Positions 10,493 to 21,940 of a DNA stretch of 64,000 nt are shown piece by piece (the stretch's first letter is position 1; every line of letters starts with the position of its first letter). Origin of the DNA: Takakia lepidozioides (Eukaryota; Plantae; Bryophyta); assembly GCA_030704615.1 (NCBI GenBank), contig CM060731.1, forward strand, positions 42,408,001 to 42,472,000, read 5' to 3'. A program made the translations under genes and the position numbers. The notes beneath the pieces were generated by a model. It was not told the DNA's origin. It saw only the letters and a program-made list of their open reading frames with translations, and ran no database searches.

Positions 10493-13400
10493 GTAACCTG
10501 TCTCTGCTGCTCTCTCTTCTATCAGCCCATTTTGTTACAGTTAGAAATTCCCGGTGCATTCAGCATTTACTTTGCAAGTGTATGGTTGTAATCTGCCTTC
10601 AAATATGGCTGGAAGGCACATCTGACTTTCCTACATTTCTTTCTCTCTCTCCAGCGCTCTTTCCATGGTTCTTTCTGCATTATCTGGTATTTTAGTAACT
10701 TTCCCAGATAATTCATGTGGTCTGGAGCTGTCGTCAGAGATACAGGGCACTCTGGTGAATCTGTGGAGATACCACCATCGCAAAATGATTTATAGACCAA
10801 TGCAGCTAATTGTTGATATTGAGCAGAGTGGAAGTGAAAAGTAGAGAAGTTCTGACGTGCAGATATGGAAGATGGTGACGTAGTTGCACCGCAAAATGAA
10901 GGCGGAAGATGAATGGACTGCCCTGACCTCGAAAGTAGCTGGGCTTGAGCAAGGATACAAGCGAGTGGCATGCCTCCTTGCACTCTGCCCTGTCTCTCAT
11001 CTTGTCAACATTAACCTTGTTCTCCACCCTTTTTGTAAGGTGTGTTCTCTCTCTCTCTCTCTTGTTTATACCAAGGCACGTCCCACTATTGGAGTGAGAC
11101 CCTCACAAAGGTAGTGTCTGTTCCCTCTTGTTCCGCCCAAAGTGGGAGCAGGTTCATGGCCACAAGGCTAGGCAAACCATGTCTCCTGAGGGCATTCTCT
11201 CTCTCACTCTCACACACACACACACACACACATTATCCTGAATGTTGGCCATGACATATCATTGAGTGCATAGTCTGCATGGGAACTTAAATGTCCTGAA
11301 TTTGCAGCTCACTTGGTAATGGAAATGAAGCCTTGCAGTCACATGCAGCCAGTTTGACAACATAATATAAGGCATGTCGTGTTGACTTAATGGAAAAATA
11401 AGGGCTGACATCGCACTTTAAAATTTGGCTGTTGGTTGCATTGGATTCGCACAGAGAGAATGAATGAAACTTTACACCATTCACCTAGTAACCTAACGGC
11501 CCAGGAGAGAGAAAGAATGGACTCATAAGCCGTTGTTTGCCGTAGCCTTGTGACCATTGACCCCGCGCCCAGTTTGAGCGGAACACAAAGGGACAGAACC
11601 TACCTTTGTCAGGGGCTGACGCCGGTAGTAAGACTTACCTTGGAATAAACAATCCGGGTTTTCCAGATATCCTCTAGAAATCCCTTCACACAAGCATCAA
11701 TCTGCTGTGTGTGGTTTGCCCAATAACTAGGCCCCAAAAGGGCCTGGGCTTTTGGCTCAGCCTTGAGACTCGAAACAAGTTCAGGGAAGTTTTCTGCCTA
11801 ACTTCATTTTCGTCAGACAATTTCCTGGCAACAGACATGGCTTTGGACACTACAGCCTCTAAGTCAGATTTATCCAGCAGGGTCAAGACTTGCGGATTGA
11901 GATTCAGATCCTCGAGAATCTCTTCTACTCTCTTCCGCCAGGACTTAGCCTGTTTGACAGGGCGATCGTGTTTCCAAGATATAGAGTCGATTAACTTACG
12001 ATATCCGATGTTGGACATATGTTGCAGCTGACCCCACCATCTGACCTTGAATTCATCTCGTCGGGAGCTTAAAGAAGGGATGCCAAACTCACCCCGAACA
12101 GCCACATTGGCTGTTTTGGAGCATGCTGACATGCACTCCTTAAGCACCCCCACTTGAATGGATTCTAGAGACTTAGCATGGTTGGAGTTATCAAACCATA
12201 TTGCAGATGCGTACTCCAAGGCAGGTCTAATAATGCGACAAAGCAGGAGAGAGAAAGATAAAAACTTTATGATGTCCACAGAGGGCTGCAAGGGCCCATG
12301 GGACAGGGTAGAACAAACGAGGTTAACCAGGGAGATGGGCAGGATATTGCAAGCTATCAAGCCTTGCACGCATAGATCATTGCAGCAATATATGGATCTG
12401 ATGAAAGCTACCAACTCTTGCAAATGAGGCATAGTCTCTGTAGACAATTGTTACACTCCAAAGGAAGTGACACCACAATCCAATTTTGATGAAACATATT
12501 CATGGCATTCCATCACTTTCATGGTCGCATGGACTGAGTCAGAAGGTATGCACTGCAGGTTGTGCTGCCAAATGGAGAAGAGCACTCTCTTGTGGGAACC
12601 CTTGATGTAAATCAAGGACTCCAGCTACCAGGGGAAATTACTGGGGATTACCCTAAGGTGTGCTCTGCATGCCTTACTACCCATACTACCTACTCTCCAA
12701 AAGCAATATTTCGGTTTTTGCAAATAATTCTTGTGTTTATCTGTTGACAGGCCTCATTTTATTATTACTTCACTCTGTTGAAATCTCTACCTCAATCTGG
12801 GCTGTTTTGCAAGCTTTCCCCATCTTTTTCCTACTCTTGGACTGCTTTCAGCTGTTCCTTCCGTTTGGGGATCATTTAGACTTGGTCCATTCATGATGGT
12901 TTCGAAGTCTCTAGTCCTGCATTTCTGTGTGGTTGTGTCTGACCTGTGTAGACAATTGCAGGGGCTTGATGCAGAGCAGCAAAGGGGTTACCTCTCAAAT
13001 GTTTGTGTTGCACCTGAGATCCGTAATAGGGGTGTTGGTGCAGCCCTGCTTCTACAGGCACAAAAGATCATGCAGCTATGGGGTATCTCTCTCCCATTCT
13101 CTCTCGCATTTCCAAAATTCAGACACATACAGGCAGGCAGAGAAACCCAGAAGAACAAAACCAACTCAAAGCACACAAGTCTCATGAACAGTGTGAGTAC
13201 TGATTACTATTGAGAAGTAGAAAGTACCCTGCAGGAGGGTTTCAATGTCCTCGCGCTGTACTGATTGTTGCTAAAACCAAAGCCATGTGGTAGAGATAGT
13301 GTCTGGGAGGACATTGTGCTGTCAAGCAATTGGCTGTTTATGATACTAACAGATTACAAACTGGTCCTATGTTTGTCACAACAGGGGTGAGTGATCTGTA

Positions 13401-13557
13401 TGTGCATGTCGTGTCAGACAATGTGGCAGCAGTGAAACTGTACCACAAGGCTGGCTTTGTCTACGAGAAGGAAGAGACTGCTTCTGAGGCCAGGTTGATG
13501 TCCCGTCCTCGCCGCCTTCTATTGCATAAGCACTTGCCAGCACCTGATTTTGTGTAG
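10043..13557 (+). CDS. GNAT7: GNAT (Acetyltransf_1) N-acetyltransferase, probably plastid-targeted; 5 exons, 332 aa
   Basis: Exons 10043-10492, 10884-11039, 12559-12657, 12962-13082 and 13385-13557 join in frame via GT-AG introns (999 nt). Motifs LVGTLDVNQ, RGYLSNVCVAPEIRNRGVGAALL (acetyl-CoA binding motif A), DLYVHVVSDNVAAVKLYHKAGF, EARLMSRPRRLLL. Ser/Arg-rich N-terminus. Resembles Arabidopsis At4g28030 (GNAT7) from memory; orthology not tested. Confidence 0.9.
10884..11039 (+). CDS. GNAT exon 2
   Basis: TAG|TTGCAC to AAG|GTGTGT; encodes LHRKMKAEDEWTALTSKVAG..RVACLLALCP..FCK. Confidence 0.8.
11461..12247 (-). mobile_element. 5'-truncated non-LTR retrotransposon (RTE-X/RTE-like LINE) in GNAT intron 2
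   Basis: Post-RT motif IIRPALEYASAIW..LESIQ..TANVAVRGEFGIPSLSSRRD. Short CATT-type 3' tail. Candidate 8-bp TSD AGAGAGAA at 11453-11460 and 12248-12255. Confidence 0.8.
12559..12657 (+). CDS. GNAT exon 3
   Basis: TGCAG|GTTGTG to AAG|GTGTGC; encodes VVLPNGEEHSLVGTLDVNQGLQLPGEITGDYPK. Confidence 0.85.
12962..13082 (+). CDS. GNAT exon 4
   Basis: TGCAG|GGGCTT to TGGG|GTATCT; carries motif A. Confidence 0.88.
13385..13557 (+). CDS. GNAT exon 5
   Basis: ACAG|GGGTGAGT; phase matches exon 4; TAG ends at 13557. Confidence 0.88.
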
Positions 13558-13979
13558 CTAAGTTGATCATCCCCAGATGCATGGGAGGTTCTTGTCATGT
13601 GCACAATTAGCAGTTCTATTAGTGAATAGATCATTCCATCTAACTGTCTTAATAGACATTTGGCATTTGGAGCTTTCTGTTGGGATCTCAATTTAAGAAG
13701 AATCTTTTGCACACATTGTATTCATAGCCAAAAGCACAACCTGTTTCCTTACAGACGTAAATTGTAAAGTAAAGTGCAGGAAATTAATTGTCTTGTCGAA
13801 GTGCCAGCATTGGCCGGCAAGCTCTTCTGTTTCACATTTTCGCTAACTCGCCACGATTGCACCCAACCAGAGCTGCTTGCATTTTTGTGATTAATGGTAA
13901 TTTTGAGATCTTTGGTACATTAGAGGAATGGATTCCTGCCCTTCTGTTTCTTGGCATTACGCATCGTTCGGTTGGGTAT

Positions 13980-14775
13980 TTGCAAGCATCATCTATCAAT
14001 GTCTTGCCATGATTCATATCTCCACAACTTGAGGAGTGCATAAAATAACAAGCCTCAAACGGCAATGGAGCACGTGAGAAAAGCCCAAGGTTCATGCAAA
14101 CCTTCATGGAGATGTGCTCAGCAGAGGGGGGAACAATAGTCGATCTGACAGCGGGATGCGGGTCCTCCAAGGTGGTTGCAACTGTTTGCGGAAGGCATCT
14201 GCTGGCGTTGGAAGGGGATGATAAGCTCCTACGAGAGAGGCTTGGAGGATTGCAGCGGCAAGCACCTGAGGCACCAATGTTGACACTGACACACCTGCCG
14301 ACAACGATTGGTTGAACGACGACAAGGATGGGTTGCAGATTCACGTACAATCATTGAAGTAAGTAAGTCGAACTTCTAAGTAAGTCTATTGATTGTTAGC
14401 ATGTTTAGCATGACCCCATGTCCCATTTCATGCTTCTTGCATCATATGATCTAATTAATATGTTCTGTCGTAATTGCAGTTACGAATCGCCCTTGCATAT
14501 TGCGAAGCGTCGAGCTGAGGCCATCGGCGGGATTCCAGGGTCTTCCACGGATTTTTGGAGGGAGGCCGTTGTGAGGGAGAAGAGGCTCAAAATGCAGGAA
14601 CACTTTGCTGCGCTAAAGACTCCGGAAAAAAACTACGATCTGCCTCCGTATGCAGCCCAGGCTCAGGCAGACGAACCCTGGACATGAATGTCTCAGCAGC
14701 CTCAATGGTCAACACATGTGAGGGCTGCAGAGCAATTCAGTCGGGTACAGAACTATTTTGAGCATTCTGCAGAAG
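13980..14775 (+). pseudogene. Decayed spliced gene encoding the C-terminal half of a beta-class N4/N6 DNA methyltransferase-like domain
   Basis: One frame reads SINVLP*..GAREKSPRFMQTFMEMCSAEGGTIVDLTAGCGSSKVVATVCGRHLLALEGD, matching the [QE]KP..L....S..GD.VLDPF.GSGTT.......GR..IGIE pattern of PF01555. Stops at 14010 and 14046, frameshift near 14280, intron 14359-14479 (GTAAGT..TGCAG). Confidence 0.7.
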
Positions 14776-15489
14776 GTCCTCCGTTTTAGCAGCCACCACA
14801 TTGTCCTCAAACTGAGTCTATCCATCGAATTTCATGCTAACATCTTTAACGCTAATGCCGTGCATCATACCCTCCTCATAAACTTCTGTGGCTTGTTCGA
14901 AGTGCGGTAGCGTGATGTACTAATCGGCTGGCGATGTCCATAGGCGGCTAAACTCATCAGTTGGATTCGCAATCCCACCCGGATAATGTGATCCACCTGC
15001 AACCTAGAGACCTCCATTGCATGTTTGTGAGCAAGTTGCAAAGCTCCACCGGCCCTAACTTCAGTCACCTGACACTCTCAAGGCCGACTCGATGGAAATT
15101 ACATGTTTTGACACAAACTATCAATAAGCTTCCCAGATTCTTTACTGCTCAGTCAGAGGCAATTACCAAAGAATTCGGTGAAACATCTTGCGTGTTCTAG
15201 TTAGCAATTTCTGATCAGCCAGTCGCAAGGGACCTTTTACATGTGTTGTGCAGAGCCTCGTTTGCGAGGTCGAAAAAAAAAACCCCCTCAGAGGCCTGGT
15301 TTACGTCCCTTGCTTGAAGTTGGTGCCGACAACACCGCTTCCTTCAACCTGGGTTCGTTGCCATTTTTATAGAGGTCAAGCTTTGAGTGGGGATGATATA
15401 GTCGGTGGTAACCATAACACCCACCATTGCCATTCGAACCCCCCAATTGCCAATGTGGTATTATAGTCTGTGGCGAATACAACACCTCA

Positions 15490-15910
15490 CCTGTAGGCCA
15501 CGGTCATAGGCGTTCCACCTCCTATTTCCGTGGCATGTTACCAAGTTCATGAAGTCGGCAGTTTTGGCAAGTGCCAGTGGGTAGAATGTCCGGTACTGGC
15601 TACCCATCTGGAATGTCCACAATCGCCATGTCAGCACCATATGGTTTCTGAGCACCATTGACCCAACACTGCCCCTTCGAAACCTAAAAACAGACAGAAG
15701 GCAAAAATCAACACTATCCAAAATGGAAAACATTAACAACAACAAACAATGGAAATTGGCTTACCGACTCAAGGAATGCACACAGCTTGCCCCAAGTTCG
15801 AGAGAGTTCTCCAGTGTAACCAGATTTTCTGCTCTCCATCATGGCAAGGAATGAATCATTGACAAGTTCGCATTTACATTCTCGCTGGATTCTGGATGGG
15901 TGCTCCACTG
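15490..15910 (-). pseudogene. Spliced gene relic on the minus strand, possibly the N-terminal (motif IV) part of a methyltransferase-like protein
   Basis: Canonical intron at 15764-15684 (GTAAGC..TTTTAG; CAG acceptor in the second copy). The phase-0 join reads KCELVNDSFLAMM..AFLES/VSKGQCWVNGAQKPYGADMAIVDIPDG*PVP. Confidence 0.4.
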
Positions 15911-16399
15911 CGTCGTATGGCTCGATTGCAAACTAGAGTGGACCAAAAACGGCAGATCATGAGTACACTAAGAGTACATAAAAGAGGATGTGGCGAATCC
16001 TCGACCATCGGATTTGCTGCAACTGACAATCTTGACCGTCTATTGTTGACTGTTAAAACCAAGATTTTCAAATTGTGATAATATCAATTCATAAATATTT
16101 TTTTGAAATTTGATCATACTCAACTGTGCATTTATGGTGAATGAATGCGTCTTAATAAAAAAGTTTTTTATTTCAAAAGAATCTAGTCATAAAGGACTTT
16201 ATGAAAATAGCTATTTTTTAGGCTCAAAATAGTACATAATTTTTTTTTAACTTCATATTTTTGAATGATAGTTTTCATTCCAGATTCCTCATTCTCCAAA
16301 GCAAGTTTGAGAGAGTCCATTTTCTGACTTTTTCCTAACTCCTATATTAAAAAAGTCCATAACGTCTTTTTTTATGGACTGTGACAATTCCTACGGATG

Positions 16400-17003
16400 G
16401 GGGTCGCACGGCCCCTGTCCTCTTCAGCGACGCCCGGACGTAGCTACTTGGCGATCCAGGGCGATGGCAGGGGGTCTCCTTCTAGCGCCGGCCGACCGTC
16501 GCTGCCAGCCGGCCGACCGTCGCTGCCATCCAGCCGACGGCGTTGGATGGGGCAACGCCCCGGCGTTGGCGTCGTTGTTTTTTTTCATATGCCCGGGTGT
16601 CGCATGCTAAAAAACAACGCAACCCCCGAACGTCGGATACGTAAAAAAGCCCCGTCGCAGGGGAGGCGGTCTCTGCGAACCGGCCATGGGTTTGAGCGAC
16701 TCCCGGGAGTTCGCATATTTATAAAAAATATTTTTTAAAGAAAATGCAGGGCGAGGCAGGGCGGGAGTGGGAAACAAGCTCCGTTGCGTCGTCGCCTAGC
16801 GACCCCGGAGGTCGCCAAGGAAAAAAACCAGTCGCAGGGGGGGGGGGGGGGGGGGGGGGAAGGGGGGTCGGCCATGCTACGCAATGGGTTGGGCGACGGC
16901 GGGGCGTCGCCTCTTGCGACCCCCTCCGTGGCAAGCCAGAAATTTCTCGTCACATGGGCGCTGTTGAAAGCGACGCCCTGCAGTGGCATGCCGCTTGGTG
17001 GGT

Positions 17004-17037
<34 letters not shown>

Positions 17038-17090
17038 GGGGGGGGGGGTTTGGGGGTTGATTGGGGGGGGTTGAATGGGGGGTGATGAAT
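16400..17090. repeat. GC-rich GCGACGCCC/GGCGTCGC-type inverted motifs and long poly-G tracts
   Basis: Motifs such as CAACGCCCCGGCGTTG and GCGACGGCGGGGCGTCGC; G runs near 16837-16868 and 17004-17048. Second copy at about 37470-38090. Confidence 0.6.
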
Positions 17091-17208
17091 TGGGGTGATT
17101 TTTGTTTTCCCTAGTTTGTTTTTGGTGTGTTGGAAGACCTTATAGCACCATTGCTCTGATTTAATGGGTACATAGCATAGGTTATTGATAGGTTTGACCA
17201 AGCATGAA

Positions 17209-19250
17209 TCAAGGGTGCGGTGGTGCACAACACAATAGATGACATAAGAGGGAAGATGGAAAGATGGAATATATTTTAGAAGTAATGTGCTGAAATGCTT
17301 TCTCACAAGGGTTCAGTAGGCTGACCCTGGGACCTACATGGACTACGACTAGTCTCCTCTCCTCATCCTCATCCTCAGAGGAGGACTCGGAGCTATCCGT
17401 GAGCCTGATGACTCCGCGCCCTTGCCTGAGCATGTACAGCAAGCGGCGTTCCCATAACTCCCACGGAGCTCTCATCCAATCCCTGGCCATGGACCCTCCC
17501 CCCCCCCCCCCCACTCACCATGCTAGTGCCCTATAGCGCACTCATCCCCTCCGTGTGGCCATGTTCTTCATGAGGCTTGCCAACCCTGCTGCTTGGCGTA
17601 GTCGTACTCTATCGGAGATGGCTTCCTCTCAAACGTGGTTTCCTACACATGCCACAAATTAAAGTCAGTTCCTCACGATGATGGAGCGAGAAAGAAGACA
17701 AAACAAACATAGGGAAGGGAAGTATGACTTACAAATTGTAAGATAAAACCCCCGATCCGCCAGGGCCCCACTTGTGCGTGGCGTGCTTCTGAAGGCGGAC
17801 TGTTGTTCCTTCGCGTGCCTTCTTCAAATTTGGCCTTGGGTGCCGCATCCTTCTCTCCCGCAATAAGCGCATCCCAACAATACCTATGCCCCCCCCCCAC
17901 AATTAGTGAATTACACACATACGTGCATTGAATCCACCTCATTAATGCACATGCAACAAAATGGAAGGTGAAATGATTCAAAACAGGTGTGGCACAACAA
18001 TCTTTGCCAACTCCACGTCCTCTATTCCCCGGAATTTCTTCTCTTCATCCCACCCTCCCCTTCTTGTAACCTCCTTCCCCTCCACCTTTGTTACCCCACT
18101 GGCCTCCCCCGCATGCACAATCACCAAATTCGTCTTCATGGGACCTCTTTTTTTTCCTTTTCTTTCCTTCCCCTTCTCCGTCACTATGTCTTCCCCTTCC
18201 CGCTACTTCCACTCTCTCCTCTCTCTCCCTTTCTCTCTTTCCTCGGGCAGCCCCTTCATTGATGGTTAAAAGGGACCTCGGGAGGTCGAGGCCTCGTCTT
18301 CTTACCTTTGGTGTTCGGGTCTTCATGAACACACGTGCCCTCCATCATTGGCAACCCCACCGGACTGCACCAATGTGGCCAAGAATGTTGATGCCTCCTG
18401 AAGACAAATAACCCTCCAATTCAAAAAAGAAAACAAACAACAAAGAAAATCATACATGAAAGGAAAGGACAAAACATTGGAACAAGGTGTGACAGTGTAC
18501 CTTTGCAAGCTTGGCCGACTCGGCCCCGTGTCACCCGATGTGGCAGGAGTCCCCGGGCCGAAGTCCCCGCCGCTATCCCTCTTGGGACCGCCGCTGGAAG
18601 TAAAATTCCAGATGACCATGGCCCCCGCGGCAGCCGTAGTCCAGGCCTTCTTTGCTGACCGCTCAGGCTGAAGGGGGCGGCGTTGCTATTTGGCTGGCCT
18701 CTCCACCGGCCCGTACCTCCTCCCCTCCCAAATGCTCCGCAGGGTAGAAGCCCTCACCCGGCTTGACTAATTTGAGGCGCTTCTTTATGTCGGCCAACTC
18801 ATTGGCCCTCCTCGTCTCCTCCTCCCTCACCTCAAAACACTTCCCGAGGCCTTCAACCTGACCTTGAGCCTTGGCAAGTGCGGCCTTTGCTGTGGAGGAA
18901 GGGGTCTCTATAGGGGTGACATACCCCAAACCGGGCCCCCAAACGGGTGATGCGCTTGCCGGTACAATTTCACCCATCTTGGTGGCTGGGGGTGTGCTCA
19001 ACTGAGCCTCTGGCCCAGCAACAACCTCCCGAATAGGAGAGGTGGCTGAGCCGGCCCCTGACGAATCCAAGACGGGGACAAGAGGGGGGTACTGGCCTGA
19101 GGGGCAGATGAGCCTCTGGCTGCGGGCTACCGACGGGGCTGGTAAACCGTGAGACGCCAGCCCGCGTCACACATGCCGGAATTGCAAAACGGGTCTTCGC
19201 CCCCTTCTTTGGGGCAGGGACTTCTTCTCTTTTCCCATAAGCCTGACACC
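17209..19250 (-). pseudogene. Multi-exon gene relic of unknown function (TE accessory gene?)
   Basis: Splice sites AAG|GTACAC (18500), TCTTCAG| (18398) and CAAAG|GTAAG (18305). Reads include AKAALAKAQGQVEGLGK..ELADIKKRLKL and SMARDWMRAPWELWERRLLYML..SSEDEDEE. Frameshifted in both copies. Confidence 0.4.
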
Positions 19251-19679
19251 TGTCATGCAAACCAAAAGTTAGCCTTGCGAGAGGAAACAGGGGGAAACAA
19301 TCTCTACATTCCAGATCCCAAAAAAAAAACAAAGCATGTGGGGGGTGAGAGCAGAAAGTGCTACTCCTCTCAGCTCCCCCCCACCACAGATGGTGCAAGA
19401 AAACAAAAAAAGAAGGTGGGGGGGGGGAAGTGACTGAGCAGCAGAAGCTGCTCAGCCAGTCCCCCCCCCCCCCCACCCCCACCTTTTTCTTTCCTCGTCT
19501 CGCCCTCTCTCCCCCTCTTCCCTCTCTGTCACTCTCCCTCTCTCTCTCCCACTCTCCCTCTCGTCCCTCTTCCCGCTCTCCCTCTCTCTCTCTCTGTCTT
19601 CAGACACTCCCCACAAAATAAAACAAAGCAGAGAGGGACAGAGGGGGCAGAATAGAGGGGAGGGGAAGAGGAGGGGGCA

Positions 19680-20316
19680 AAAAGAGGGAAGATACACATG
19701 TCTTGTCAAGTCATAGACAAGCCGCTAGGGTCATTGTCAATTAAAGACAAATCAGCCCATTACAAGGCACTATCTATCTTCACCTTCCATCACCAGCCCC
19801 TCCACATATTTGATATAGAAGGTAGCCTAGTACAAGAGCAACCTCGTTATATAACAGCCTCTTTACAGGGTACCATCAAACACTTACCCTTCATAAATCG
19901 CTTCACCCATGAATAAAACCTGAAGATTTCAAAGTACTTGAAATCTTAGGGTGGGGGGGTGGGATTTCTTAAGATATTCATCATCCCTGATTTATGCGTT
20001 AGAGGCCTGAGCATTAAATATGTCTGCAGGTGTTTTGCAATGCCCCACTTACACATATAAATTTGTGTCAAGTGACTGCAATCCAAGGCAATCTGATTAC
20101 AAAGCGTCCTTATTGTAAACCAGCCAGTAGATTCATGCAGAAGTCAAGGGCCAAGTGATAGTTCATATTGGCATCAAACTGGCAGGGCTCATGTCAAAAA
20201 ATGAATCTCAAACAAGTATGTATAAATCTGGTTGCGTTACTTCTACATATACACTATTTTGCTGTAAAGCGTAGTACCACAAATAAAGGTGGACGCGTTG
20301 CCCAAGCAAGAGGTAA
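19680..20316 (-). repeat. Partial dispersed copy of the 3 kb family (chromovirus insertion target)
   Basis: 19680-19790 is the reverse complement of the array segment GATGGTGCCC..GACAATGACC..TCTTCCCTCT. Duplicate at about 40670-41316. Confidence 0.7.
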
Positions 20317-20321
20317 TTTAT

Positions 20322-21040
20322 TGTCGCGCACCTCACTTCGGTAAGCTCCCCTTTAGGTCATAGTGTAGCTTGATGCGCGCGCCTAACTCCCAACCTGGCC
20401 GCCGGACCAACTTGGAGCTTCGGCTGCTCACGGGGCATAACGGTCCCCCTTTGAACTCCCAAAGAACCCCCCACCGATTTGGAACCAGTGGGAATTCTCT
20501 TTGGTAGTTAGCAGTCCGGAACAGCTCCCCACTCTTTGGTCGCTTTCCGGCTCGCTCGCTTATTCACAATAGTTTTTGGTCACCAACGGGCTTGCATGTT
20601 CTCGGGGTTACTACTCCCTATATATACTTCTGTAGCTGTCCGCAAGGTTTCACAACCAGCCATGCCATTTTATGGCGAAACCACCACGAAACCCTCGACT
20701 CCCGGTGATGAGTCGCGGTGAGTCTGGCCCATCACCACGGCCCCTATGGACCGTGATGAGTCCCAAGACTCCCCACGACTCCCACCACGAGGTCTCCGCC
20801 CCCATGGTGAGTCCTATGCCACCCCCACTAAGTCCCGCTAAGCTACCACCACCCCTTGTGGAGCCACCCCCACCGCAACCCGGGTGTGCGGGGCCTCCAC
20901 CTAGTGAGCGCCTCCGCCTCCTTGAGTGCCTTGGGCACTCAAGGGTGCTTCAGCCCCCATACCTATCGTTGCCGCTGCCCCACCATAGGGGCAGCCCCTC
21001 AGTGTCCCGACCCCCTGCCCTCAGGCAAAGGGCCGCGACA
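20322..21040 (-). repeat. 3' LTR of chromovirus copy 1
   Basis: Direct repeat of 26509-27244; preceded on the minus strand by purine-rich GGTAGGGG. Confidence 0.95.
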
Positions 21041-21940
21041 CACACCCCTACCAACAGGGAGTCGATGTCCTCATCGACTTGTCCATTTTGTAGAAACGAA
21101 ACATCCAAGTTGTGGCGTCCCACATCAAGGAGTTTGTTTCCGTACCTTGGCGTCCCATGGCAAAGAACCAAACCCCACACTTGACTCTACTCTCCACTAG
21201 CTAGTTTGGCCGACTTCCTCCAAGTCCTGGCCAGGGGTGGAGCCTCTCAAGCTCTCCCAGTGCACTCTTCTTGGCCTTCTTCAAGGTCAAGGAACGATCC
21301 TCCCGAGGATCGAATCGCCTTACTACAACAACATTGCTTGCGATTGCTCCTGATGCCGCTTTTGGCATCACTTTGCGCAAGGGTTCACCTCGAACCCCAT
21401 TTGACTAGGAAGATAACCTTGAACCAACCGTACGCCCCAATCACTACAATTGGGTCCGTCTTGGAATGTTGGCCTGAGGTACGGGAACACGTCGAAGCCG
21501 CACTACGACTTCGTCCTGAGGCTACACGATTATAGTACGTGAACGGAAGCACATAGCTTCCGCGTTAGCCCGCACTACAAGGCAACCACCTCGGTAGCGT
21601 AGTTATAGTACGCGCACGCGCCAGGTGCGCACTAGCACGTGAACTCCCAAAGAAGGCGCATGTTTCCTTGCCCCTTGGATGGAGTCACCTGATTTCGGCA
21701 TTGCGCAAACACACGATTAACCCAATTTACCTCTCCACTTTTGTAAGCTAGCATGCATTCTACACATAGCCAACCACACCACAGCATCATTCCAAACAAA
21801 ATAGGACACCACAACATTTGGAAACCATTTCCTTTATAACAATTTTGTACAATACAAGTTTTTGCAATCGGATTCCTGAAGCTAGCTAAGCCGGGCTAAG
21901 CATGCATTTCCTCCCCCATGCTCCAAGGTTGATGTCCCCA

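Noticed and set aside
14630-14655. DLPPY as the methyltransferase catalytic DPPY motif
   Set aside because: Spacing is wrong, there is no preceding hydrophobic strand, and it lies in the low-complexity tail after motif I.
16744-17306. Gly-rich and Pro-rich ORFs
   Set aside because: They arise from poly-G tracts whose lengths differ between the duplicated copies.
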